NCBI RefSeq assembly: GCF_009914755.1
Contig: NC_060926.1
Origin: the human T2T-CHM13v2.0 reference genome, Homo sapiens
DNA: 64,000 nt
Strand: one strand, 5' to 3'
Part shown: piece by piece, positions 13,216 through 26,800 of the stretch
How the letters are laid out: each line of letters starts with the position of its first letter
Position numbering within the stretch: position 1 is the first letter of the stretch
Position numbers and translations under genes: made by a program
The notes under the pieces: generated by a model
What the model saw: the letters and a program-made list of their open reading frames with translations, nothing else
Told to the model about the DNA's origin: nothing
The model's database searches: none

Positions 13216-16200
13216 ATGGAATCATCAAATGGAATCGAATGGAGTCATTGTCTAATGCAATCGAATGAAATCATAGAATGGAATCCCATGGAATCAACAT
13301 CAAATGGAATCGATTGGAATCATTATCAAATAGAATTGAATGGAATCACTGAATGGAATCATCATCAAATGGACTCCAACGGAATCATCGAATTGACTCT
13401 AATGGAATCATCACTGAATGGAACAGAATGGAATAATCAAATGGAAACGAATGGAATCATCATCGAATGGAATCGAATGGTATCATCAAATGCACTTGAA
13501 TGGAATCATCAATGAATGCAATCGAATGGTATAATCGAATGGAATCAAATGGAATCATCTTCGAGTGGAACCTAAAGGAATCGCCAAATGGACTCCAATG
13601 GAATAATCATCGTATGGAATCGAGGGGAATCATCGAATGTACTCGAATGGAATCATCGAATGTACTCGAATGGAATCATCGAATGGAATCGAATGGAATC
13701 ATGGTCGAACGGAAAAGAATGGAATCATCAAGTGGACACGAATGGAATCAACATCTAATGGAATGGAATGGAATCATCAAATGGAATGGAATGGAATCAT
13801 CATCGAATGGAATAAAATGGAATCATCAAATGGAATCAAATGGAATCATCAATGAATGGAATCGAATGGTATCATGGAATGGAATTGAATGGAATCGTCT
13901 TTGAGTGGAATCTAAAGGAATCACCAAATGGACTCCAATCATCAGATGGAATCGAGTGGAATCATCGAATGTAGTCGAATGCAATCATCATCGAATGGAA
14001 TTGAATGGAACCAACGAATGGAATACAAAGGAATCATAGAATGGACTCGAATGGAATCATCATTGAATGGAATGAAATGGAATCATCATGGAATGGAATT
14101 GAATGGAATCATCGAATGGACTCGAAAGGAATTATGCTCGTATGGAATCTAATGGAATCATCAAATGGACTCAAATGGAATCATCATCGAATGAAATCGT
14201 ATGGAATCATCGAATGCAACTGAATGGAATCATTGAATGGACTTGAAAGGAATTATTATGGAATGGAATTGAATGGAATCATTGAATGGACTTGAAAGGA
14301 ATCATCATCAAGTGGAATCGAATGGAATCGTTGAATGGACTCGAATTGAATCTTTGAATGGAATCGAATGGAATCAACATTGAATGGAGTCAAATGGAAT
14401 CATCATCAAATGGAATTGAATGGAATCTTCATTGAATGGACTCGAATGGAATCATCATCAAATGGAATCTAATCGAATCATCAATGAAGGGAATCGAATG
14501 GAATCATCATCGAATGGAATCGAATGGAATCATCAACAAGTGGAAACGAATGAAATCATCGAATGGAATCGAATGGTGTCAGCGAATGGACACGAAAGGA
14601 ATCATCGAATGGAATCAAATGGAATCACCATCGAATGGAATCCAATGGAATCACCATCGAATGGAATGTTATGAAATCATCTCATGGACTCGAAGGGAAT
14701 CATCATCGAATGGAATCGAATGGAATCATTGAATGAAATGGAAAGGAATCACCATCGAATGGAATGTTATGGAATCTTCTAATGGACTCGAAGGGAATCA
14801 TCATCGAATGGAATCGAATGGAATCATTGAATGCAATTGAATGGAATCATCATCAAATGGAATCGAATGGAATCATCGAATGGAATCTGAATGGAATCAT
14901 CAATGAATGGAATCAAATGGAATCATCTAATGGACGTGAATGGAATCATCGTCGAAAGCAATGAAATGTAATTCAATCGAATGGACATGAATGGAATCAT
15001 CATTGAATGGAATCAAATGGAATCATCAAATGGAATAGAATGGAGTCATGGTCGAATGTAATCGAATGTAATCATCGAATGGCATCGAATGGAATCATCG
15101 ACTGGAAAAGAATGGAATCATCATCGAATGGAAATGAATAGAATCACAGAATGAAATCGAATGGAATCATCATCGAATGGAGTCTAATGGAATAATCATC
15201 GAATGGAATAGAATGGAATCATCGAGTGGACACGAATGGAATCATCATTGAATGGAATCGAATAGAATCATCAAATGGACTTGAATGGAAACATCATCGA
15301 ATCTAATTGAATTTAGTCATTGAATGGCATTGAGTGGAATCATCATTGAATGGAATCTAAGGAAATCATCGAATGGACTGGAGTGGAATCATCGAATGGA
15401 CTCGAGGGGAATCATCATCGAATGGATTCGACTGTAATCATCGATTGGACTCGAATGGAATCATCATTGAATGGAATCGAATGGAATCAACGAATGGACT
15501 CGAATAGAATCATCATCGAATGGAATCGAATGGAATCAAAGAATGGACTCTAATGGAGTCATCATCAAATGGAATCTAATGGAATCATCTAATGGACCTG
15601 AAAGGAATCATCATTGAATGGAATCGAATGGAATCATCGAATGGACTCGAATGGAATCATCATCGAAGGGAATCTAATGGAATCATTGAATGGACTCGAA
15701 TGGAATAATCGAATGGGCTTGAGTGGAATCATCATCAAATGGAATCGAATGCAATCATCAAATGGACTCGAATGGAATCATCGTCAAATGGAATCGAATG
15801 GAATCATCATCAAAGGGAATCGAATGGAATCCTCATCGAATGGAATCGAACGGAATCATCATCGAATGGAATCACCAAATTGAATCGAATGGAATGATCG
15901 TCAAAGACAATCGAAGGGAAACATCGAATGGGATTGAACAGAGTCATCGAATGGAATCGATAGGAATCATCGAATGGATTCAAATGGAATCATCAACGAA
16001 TGGAAACGAACGGAACATCGAATGGACACGAATGGAATCATCATCAAATAGGATTGAATGGAATCATCAAATGGCATCGAATGGAACCACCGTTGAATGG
16101 AATCAAATGGAATCATCGAATGGCATCGAATGGCATCATCATCGAATAAAATCAAATGGAATAATCGAATGTACTCGAATGGAATCATCAAATGGATTTG

Positions 16201-18216
16201 AGAGGAATCATCATCGAATGGAATTGAACAGAATCATCAAATGGACACGAATGGAATCCTCATTGAATGGAATCGAATGGAATCATTCAATGGAGTCGAA
16301 TGGAATAATCAGCAAATGGAATCGAATGGAATCATTGAATATCAACGAATGGAATCATCATCGAATGGAGTCGAATGGAATCATCAAACGAACTCGAATG
16401 CAATCATCATAGAATGGAATCGAATGGAATCTTTGAATGGACCTGAATGGAATCATCATCGAATGCAAACGAATGGAATCATCATCAAATGGAATCACAT
16501 GGAATCATCAAATGGAAAAGAATTGAATAATCATAGAAAGGAATTGAATAGAATCATCGAATGAAACCGAATGGAATCATCATCGAATGGAATCGAATGG
16601 AATCATCAACAAGTGGAAACGAATGAAATCATCGAATGGAATCAAATGGTGTCATCGAATGGACACGAAAGGAATCATCGAATGGAATCAAATGGAATCA
16701 CCATCGAATGCAATCAAATGGAATCACCATCGAATGGAATGTTATGAAATCATCTCATGGACTCGAAGGGAATCATCATCGAATGGAATCGAATGTAATC
16801 ATTGAATGAAATGGAAAGGAAACACCATCGAATGGAATGTTATGGAATCTTCTAATGGACTCGAAGGGAATCATCATCGAATGGAATCGAATGGAATCAC
16901 CAACGAATGGAATTCAAAGGAATCATCATCGAATGGAACCAAATAGAATCATCAAATGGACTCGAAAGGAATCATCGAATGGACTCGAATGGAGTTGTCA
17001 TCGAATGGAATCAAATGGAATCATCGAACAGAATTGAATCGAATCCTCATTGAATGAAATCCAATGGAATCATCGAATGGACTCGAATAGAAGCAATATC
17101 AAATGGAATCGAAAGGAATCATGGAATGCATTCAAAGGGAATAATCAAATGGACTCAAATGGAATCAACATCAAGTGGAATCGAAAGGAATCATCGAATT
17201 GACAGGAATGGAATCATCATCGAATGGAATCGAATGGGATCATCGAAAGGACTCGAATCAAATCTTCAAAAGTACTCAAAGGGAATCATTGTAGAATGGA
17301 AATGAATAGATTCATCAGACAGCCTCGAATGGAAACATCATTGAATGGAATTGATTGGAAACATCGAATTCACTCGAATGGAATCATCATCTGATGGAAT
17401 TCAAGGGAATCATCGAATGGACACAAATGGAATCATCATCAAATGGAATCCATTGGAACGATCGAATGGAATCGCATGGAATTATCAAATGGAATCGAAT
17501 GGAATCATCTTTGAATGGAATCAAATGGAATCATCGAATGGAATCGAATGCAATCATCATTGAATGGAATCGAATGGAATCATCGAATGGTATCCAAAGG
17601 AATCAGCATTGAATGCCCTCGCATGGAATCATCATCATATAGAGTAGAAAGGAATCATTGAATGGACTCGAATGGAACCATCATTGAATGGAAACACCAA
17701 ATGGAATCAAATGGAATCATCATCAAATGAAATCAAACGGAATCATCAAATGGAATCGAATGGAATCATCATTGAATGGACTCGAATAGAATCTTTCAAT
17801 GAAATTGAATGGAATCAGCATGAAATGGAATCTAAAGGAATCATAGAATGGTATCGAATGGAATCATCATCGAATGGAATGGAATGGAACGGAATGGAAT
17901 CAGCATCGAATGGAATCAAAAGCAATCATTCAATGGACTCTAATAGAATCAGCGAATAGACTTGAATGTAATCATCATCGAATGGAGAAGAATGGAATCA
18001 TCCAATGGACACGAATGGAATCATCCTCGAATGCAATCAAATGGAATCATATAATGGACCCGAATGGAATCATCATTGAATGGAATAGAATGGAATCGTC
18101 ATCGAATCGTATCGTATGGAATCATCTAATGAACCCGAATGGAATCATCGTCGAATTGAATAGAATGCAATCATCATCAAATGGAATCGAATGGAATCAT
18201 CATCAAATAGAATCGA
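13216..18216 (+). repeat. Higher-order unit U3, 5001 bp, rearranged type B
   Basis: Re-use of a ~300-bp earlier segment at ~16587-16890 and a ~1.63 kb deletion at ~17220. Lacks the ACGCGT landmark. Confidence 0.88.
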
Positions 18217-20600
18217 ATGGAATCATCAAATGGAATCGAATGGAGTCATTGTCTAATGCAATCGAATGAAATCATAGAATGGAATCCCATGGAATCAACA
18301 TCGAATGGAATCGATTGGAATCATTATCAAATAGAATTGAATGGAATCACTGAATGGAATCATCATCAAATGGACTCCAACGGAATCATCGAATTGACTC
18401 TAATGGAATCATCACTGAATGGAATAGAATGGAATAATCAAATGGAAACGAATGGAATCATCATCGAATGGAATCGAATGGTATCATCAAATGCACTTGA
18501 ATGGAATCATCAATGAATGGAATCGAATGGTATAATCGAATGGAATCAAATGGAATCATCTTCAAGTGGAACCTAAAGGAATCGCCAAATGGACTCCAAT
18601 GGAATAATCATCGTATGGAATCGAGTGGAATCATCGAATGTACTCGAATGGAATCATCGAATGTACTCGAATGGAATCATCGAATGGAATCGAATGGAAT
18701 CATGGTCGAACGGAAAAGAATGGAATCATCAAGTGGACACGAATGGAATCAACATCTAATGGAATGGAATGGAATCATCAAATGGAATGGAATGGAATCA
18801 TCATCGAATGGAATAAAATGGAATAATCAAATGGAATCAAATGGAATCATCAATGAATGGAATCGAATGGTATCATGGAATGGAATTGAATGGAATCGTC
18901 TTTGAGTGGAATCTAAAGGAATCACCGAATGGACTCCAATCATCAGATGGAATCGAGTGGAATCATCGAATGTAGTCGAATGCAATCATCATCGAATGGA
19001 ATTGAATGGAATCAACGAATGGAATACAAAGGAATCATAGAATGGACTCGAATGGAATCATCATTGAATGGAATGAAATGGAATCATCATGGAATGGAAT
19101 TGAATGGAATCATCGAATGGACTCGAAAGGAATTATGCTCGAATGGAGTCTAATGGAATCATCAAATGGACTCAAATGGAATCATCATCGAATGAAATCG
19201 TATAGAATCATCGAATGCAACTGAATGGAATCATTGAATGGACTTGAAAGGAATTATTACGGAATGGAATTGAATGGAATCATTGAATGGACTTGAAAGG
19301 AATCATCATCAAGTAGAATCGAATGGAATCGTTGAATGGACTCGAATTGAATCTTTGAATGGAATCGAATGGAATCATCATTGAATGGAGTCAAATGGAA
19401 TCATCATCAAATGGAATTGAATGGAATCTTCATTGAATGGACTCGAATGGAATCATCATCAAATGGAATCTAATCGAATCATCAGTGAAGGGAATCGAAT
19501 GGAATCATCATCGAATGGAATCGAATGGAATCATCAACAAGTGGAAACGAATGAAATCATCGAATGGAATCCAATGGTGTCATCGAATGGACACGAAAGG
19601 AATCATCGAATGGAATCAAATGGAATCACCATCAAATGGAATCGAATGGAATCACCATCGAATGGAATGTTATGAAATCATCTCATGGACTCGAAGGGAA
19701 TCATCATCGAATGGAATCGAATGGAATCATTGAATGAAATGGAAAGGAATCACCATCGAATGGAATGTTATGGAATCTTCTAATGGACTCGAAGGGAATC
19801 ATCATCGAATGGAATCGAATGGAATCATTGAATGCAATTGAATGGAATCATCATCAAATGGAATCGAATGGAATCATCAAATGGACTCGAATGGAATCAT
19901 CGTCAAATGGAATCGAATGGAATCATCATCAAAGGGAATCGAATGGAATCCTCATCGAATGGAATCGAACGGAATCATCATCGAATGGAATCACCAAATT
20001 GAATCGAATGGAATGATCATCAAAGACAATCGAAGGGAAACATCGAATGGGATTGAACGGAGTCATCGAATGGAATCGATAGGAATCATCGAATGGATTC
20101 AAATGGAATCATCATTGAATGGAAACGAACGGAATCATCGAATGGACACGAATGGAATCATCATCAAATAGGATTGAATGGAATCATCAAATGGCATCGA
20201 ATGGAATCACCATTGAATGGAATCGAATGGAATCATCGAATGCCATCGAATGAAATCATCATCGAATAAAATCAAATGGAATAATCGAATGTACTCGAAT
20301 GGAATCATCAAATGGATTTGAGAGGAATCATCATCGAATGGAATTGAACAGAATCATCAAATGGACTCGAATGGAATCCTCATTGAATGGAATCGAATGG
20401 AATCATTGAATGGAGTCCAATGGAATCATCAGCAAATGGAATCTAATGGAATCATTGAATATCAACGAATGGAATCATCATCGAATGGAGTCGAATGGAA
20501 TCATCAAGTGAACTCGAAAGCAATCATCATAGAATGGAATCGAATGGAATCTTTGAATGGAAATGAATGGAATCATCATCGTATGCAAACGAACGGAATC

Positions 20601-20790
20601 ATCATCAAAAGGAATCACATGGAATCGTCAAATGGAAAAGAATTGAATAATCATAGAAAGAAATTGAATAGAATCATCGAATGAAACCGAATGGAATCAT
20701 CATCAAAAGGAATCACATGGAATCGTCAAATGGAAAAGAATTGAATAATCATAGAAAGGAATTGAATAGAATCATCGAATGAAACCAAAT
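20601..20790 (+). repeat. 98-bp local tandem duplication (also ~29210-29400 and ~35700-35890)
   Basis: AAAAGGAATCACATGGAATCGTCAAATGGAAA occurs twice, 98 bp apart (GG at 20611/20709, 29218/29316, 35708/35806). Confidence 0.88.
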
Positions 20791-22239
20791 AGAATCATCA
20801 TCGAATGGAATCGAATTGAATAATCATCAAATGAATCGAATGGAATCACCAACGAATGGAATTCAAAGGAATCATCATCGAATGGAACCAAATAGAATCA
20901 TCAAATGGACTCGAAAGGAATCATCGAATGGACTCGAATGGAGTTGTCATCGAATGGAATCAAATGGAATCATCGAACAGATTTGAATCGAATCATCATT
21001 GAATGAAATCAAATGGAATCATCGAATGGAATCGAATGGAAGCAATATCAAATGGAATCGAAATGAATCATGGAATGCATTCAAAGGGAATAATCAAATG
21101 GACTCAAATGGAATCAACATCAAGTGGAATCGAAAGGTATCATCGAATGGACCGGAATGGAATCATCATCGAATGGAATGGAATGGAATTATCGAATGGA
21201 CTTGAATGGAATCACTATCTAATGGAACCGAATGGAATCATCATGGAATGGAACCGGAAGGAGTCATCATCAAATGGAATCCAATGACATCATTGAATGG
21301 ACTCGAATGGAATCATCATCAACTGGAATTGAATGGAATCATCGAACGGACTCCAGTGGAATCATCGGAGAATGGAATCGAATGGAATTATCAAACGGAC
21401 TCGAATGGAATAAACTTTGAATGGAATCGTAGGGAATCATCAAATGGAATCGAATGCAATCATCGAACGGAATCGAAAGCCATCACCGAATGGAATCCAA
21501 TGGAATCACCATTGAATGGACTCGAATGGAATCATCATTGAATGGAATCTAATGGAGTCATCGAATGGACTCGAATGGAATCATCATCTATGGGAATCAA
21601 ATGGAATCATCGAATGGAATCGAAAGGAATAATCATCAACTGTAATGAACTGGAATCACTGAATGAAATCGAATGGAATCATCATCAAAAATAATCGAAT
21701 AGAATAATCAAATGGAATCAAATGCAATCAACATCAAATGGAATCGAATGGAATCCTAGAATGACATCGAATGGAATCCTCATCGAATGGAATCAAAGGG
21801 AATCAATATCGAATGGAATCGAAAGCAATCACTGAATGGACTTGAATACAATCATCAAATGGATTTGAAGGGAATCCTCATTGAATGGAATAGAACAAAA
21901 ACATTGAATGGACACGAATGGAATCATCATCGAATGGAATCAAATGGAGTCATCAAATGGACTCGAATGAATGAACAAATGGACTCGAATGGAAACATCA
22001 AATAGAATCGAATGGAATCATCGAAAGGAATTGAATGGAATGATTGAATGGACTCGAATGGAATCATCTAATGGACACGAATGGAATAATCATAAAATGG
22101 AATCGAATGGAATCATCAAATGGACTCGAATGAATGGAATTATTGAATGGACTCGAATGGAATCATCGAATGGACTCAAATGGAATCATCATCAAGTGGA
22201 ATCGAATGGAATCATCGAATGGATTCGAATGGAATCATC

Positions 22240-22380
22240 AAATGGAATCAAACCGAATCGTCATCGAATGGAATCGAATGGAATCATCGAATGGAATTGA
22301 AGGGAATCATCACATGGAATCAAACCGAATCGTCATCGAATGGAATCGAATGGAATCATCGAATGGAATTGAAGGCAATC
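22240..22380 (+). repeat. 72-bp local tandem duplication seen only in U4
   Basis: AACCGAATCGTCATCGAATGG occurs at 22251 and 22323, and once in the other units that retain this region. Confidence 0.85.
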
Positions 22381-23450
22381 ATCATCGAATGGAATCGAAT
22401 GGAATCATCATCAAATGGAATCAAGCGGAAGGAATCATCAAATGGAATCATTGTTGAATGGAATGGAATGGAATCATTGAATGGAATTGAATGGGATCAC
22501 CAATGAACGGAATCAAATGGAATCATCTTCTAATGGAATCGAAAGGAATCATCAAATACACTCGAATGGAATCATCATCGAATGGAATCGTGTGGAATCG
22601 TCGAATGAACTGGAAATGAATCATAATCAAATGCAATTAAAATGAATCATCATCGAAAGGAATCACATGGAATCATCATCGAATGGATTCATACGGAAAC
22701 ATCACAGAAGGGAATTGAATGGAATCATCAGTTGGACTCGAATGGACTCATCAAATGTCCTCGAAGGGACGCGTCAAATGGACTCGAACGGAATCATCAT
22801 CGAATGGAATCGAATGGGTTCATCGAAAGGACTCAAATCAAATCTTCAAAAGGACTCAAAGGGAATCATTGTAGAATGGAAATTAATAGAGTCATCAGAC
22901 AGCCTCGAATGGAAACATCATTGAATGGAATTGATTGGAAACATCGAATTCACTCGAATGGAATCATCATCTGATGGAATTCAATGGAATCATCGAATGG
23001 ACACAAATGGAATCATCATCAAATGGAATCCATTGGAACGATCGAATGGAATCGCATGGAATTATCAAATGGAATCGAATGGAATCATCTTTGAATGGAA
23101 TCAAATGGAATCATCGAATGGAATCGAATGCAATCATCATTGAATGGAATCGAATGGAATCATCGAATGGTATCCAAAGGAATCACCATTGAATGCCCTC
23201 GCATGGAATCATCATCATATAGAGTAGAAAGGAATTATTGAATGGACTCGAATGGAACCATCATTGAATGGAATCACCAAATGGAATCAAATGGAATCAT
23301 CATCAAATGAAATCAAACGGAATCATCAAATGGAATCGAATGGAATCATCATTGAATGGATTCGAATAGAATCTTTGAATGAAATTGAATGGAAGCAGCA
23401 TGAAATGGAATCTAAACGAATCACAGAATGGTATCGAATGGAATCATCAT

Positions 23451-23500
23451 GGAATGGAATGGAATGGAATGGAATGGAATGGAATGGAATGGAATGGAAT
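23451..23500 (+). repeat. Perfect (GGAAT)10 pentanucleotide run
   Basis: Ten exact GGAAT copies read directly. The longest pure run I noticed in the window. Confidence 0.95.
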
Positions 23501-23816
23501 CAGCATCGAATGGAATCAAAAGCAATCATTCCATGGACTCTAATAGAATCATCGAATAGACTTGAATGTAATCATCATCGAATGGAGAAGAATGGAATCA
23601 TCCAATGGACACGAATGGAATCATCCTCGAATGGAATCGAATGGAATCATATAATGGACCCGAATGGAATCATCATTGAATGGAATAGAATGGAATCGTC
23701 ATCGAATGGAATCGTATGGAATCATCTAATGGACCCGAATGGAATCATCGTCGAATTGAATAGAGTGCAATCATCATCAAATGGAATCGAATGGAATCAT
23801 CATCAAATAGAATCGA

Positions 23817-26800
23817 ATGGAATCATCAAATGGAATCGAATGGAGTCATTGTCTAATGCAATCGAATGAAATCATAGAATGGAATCCCATGGAATCAACA
23901 TCGAATGGAATCGATTGGAATCATTATCAAATAGAATTGAATGGAATCACTGAATGGAATCATCATCAAGTGGACTCCAACGGAATCATCGAATTGACTC
24001 TAATGGAATCATCACTGAATGGAATAGAATGGAATAATCAAATGGAAACGAATGGAATCATCATCGAATGGAATCGAATGGTATCATCAAATGCACTTGA
24101 ATGGAATCATCAATGAATGCAATCGAATGGTATAATCGAATGGAATCAAATGGAATCATCTTCGAGTGGAACCTAAAGGAATCGCCAAATGGACTCCAAT
24201 GGAATAATCATCGTATGGAATCGAGTGGAATCATCGAATGTACTCGAATGGAATCATCGAATGTACTCGAATGGAATCATCGAATGGAATCGAATGGAAT
24301 CATGGTCGAACGGAAAAGAATGGAATCATCAAGTGGACACGAATGGAATCAACATCTAATGGAATGGAATGGAATCATCAAATGGAATGGAATGGAATCA
24401 TCATCGAATGGAATAAAATGGAATCATCAAATGGAATCAAATGGAATCATCAATGAATGGAATCGAATGGTATCATGGAATGGAATTGAATGGAATCGTC
24501 TTTGAGTGGAATCTAAAGGAATCACCGAATGGACTCCAATCATCAGATGGAATCGAGTGGAATCATCGAATGTAGTCGAATGCAATCATCATCGAATGGA
24601 ATTGAATGGAATCAACGAATGGAATATAAAGGAATCATAGAATGGACTCGAATGGAATCATCATTGAATGGAATGAAATGGAATCATCATGGAATGGAAT
24701 TGAATGGAATCATCGAATGGACTCGAAAGGGATTATGCTCGAATGGAATCTAATGGAATCATCAAATGGACTCAAATGGAATCATCATCGAATGAAATCG
24801 TATGGAATCATCGAATGCAACTGAATGGAATCATTGAATGGACTTGAAAGGAATTATTATGGAATGGAATTGAATGGAATCATTGAATGGACTTGAAAGG
24901 AATCATCATCAAGTGGAATCGAATGGAATCGTTGAATGGACTCGAATTGAATCTTTGAATGGAATCGAATGGAATCATCATTGAATGGAGTCAAATGGAA
25001 TCATCATCAAATGGAATTGAATGGAATCTTCATTGAATGGACTCGAATGGAATCATCATCAAATGGAATCTAATCGAATCATCAGTGAAGGGAATCGAAT
25101 GGAATCATCATCGAATGGAATCGAATGGAATCATCAACAAGTGGAAACGAATGAAATCATCGAATGGAATCCAATGGTGTCATCGAATGGACACGAAAGG
25201 AATCATCGAATGGAATCAAATGGAATCACCATCGAATGGAATCAAATGGAATCACCATCGAATGGAATGTTATGAAATCATCTCATGGACTCAAAGGGAA
25301 TCATCATCGAATGGAATCGATTGGAATCATTGAATGAAATGGAAAGGAATCACCATCGAATGGAATGTTATGGAATCTTCTAATGGACTCGAAGGGAATC
25401 ATCATCGAATGGAATCGAATGGAATCATTGAATGCAATTGAATGGAATCATCATCAAATGGAATCGAATGGAATCATCGAATGGAATCTGAATGGAATCA
25501 TCAATGAATGGAATCAAATGGAATCATCTAATGGACGTGAATGGAATCATCTTCGAAAACAATGAAATGTAATTCAATCGAATGGACATGAATGGAATCA
25601 TCATTGAATGGAATCAAATGGAATCCTCATCGAATGGAATCGAATGGAATCATCAAATGGAATAGAATGGAGTCATCGTCGAATGTAATCGAATGTAATC
25701 ATCGAATGTCATCGAATGGAATCATCGACTGGAAAAGAATGGAATCATCATCGAATGGAAATGAATAGAATCACAGAATGAAATCGAATGGAATCATCAT
25801 CGAATGGAGTCTAATGGAATAATCATCGAATGGAATAGAATGGAATCATCGAGTGGACACGAATGGAATCATCATTGAATGGAATCGAATAGAATCATCA
25901 AAAGGACTTGAATGGAAACAACATCGAATGGAATCGAATTTAGTCATTGAATTGCATTGAGTGGAATCATAATTGAATGGAATCTAAGGAAATCATCGAA
26001 TGGACTGGAGTGGAATCATCGAATGGACTCGAGGGGAATCATCATCGAATGGAATCGACTGTAATCATCGATTGGACTCGAATGGAATCATCATTGAATG
26101 GAATCGAATGGAATCAACGAATGGACTCGAATAGAATCATCATCGATTGGAATCAAATGGAATCAAAGAATGGACTCTAATGGAGTCATCATCAAATGGA
26201 ATCTAATGGAATCATCTAATGGACCTGAAAGGAATCATCATTGAATGGAATCGAATGGAATCATCGAATGGACTCGAATGGAATCATCATCGAATGGAAT
26301 CTAATGGAATCATTGAATGGACTCGAATGGAATAATCGAATGGGCTTGAGTGGAATCATCATCAAATGGAATCGAATGGAATCATCAAATGGACTCGAAT
26401 GGAATCATCGTCAAATGGAATCGAATGGAATCATCATCAAAGGGAATCGAATGGAATCCTCATCGAATGGAATCGAACGGAATCATCATCGAATGGAATC
26501 ACCAAATTGAATCGAATGGAATGATCGTCAAAGACAATCGAAGGGAAACATCGAATGGGATTGAACGGAGTCATCGAATGGAATCGATAGGAATCATCGA
26601 ATGGATTCAAATGGAATCATCATCGAATGGAAACGAACGGAATCATCGAATGGACACGAATGGAATCATCATCAAATAGGATTGAATGGAATCATCAAAT
26701 GGCATCGAATGGAATCACCATTGAATGGAATCGAATGGAATCATCGAATGGCATCGAATGGAATCATCATCGAATAAAATCAAATGGAATAATCGAATGT

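Larger units (their letters stand above)
18217..23816 (+). repeat. Higher-order unit U4, 5600 bp, type B with ~0.9 kb deletion
   Basis: Landmark spacing 19765->19842 is 77 bp versus 985 bp in U5 (25365->26350). Also carries 98-bp and 72-bp local duplications. Confidence 0.88.

Noticed and set aside
15967-16191. Minus-strand ORFs (MMIPFE/MIPFV type; also 41646, 54907, 59986)
   Set aside because: Translations of the CATTC strand that arise from chance frameshift variants.
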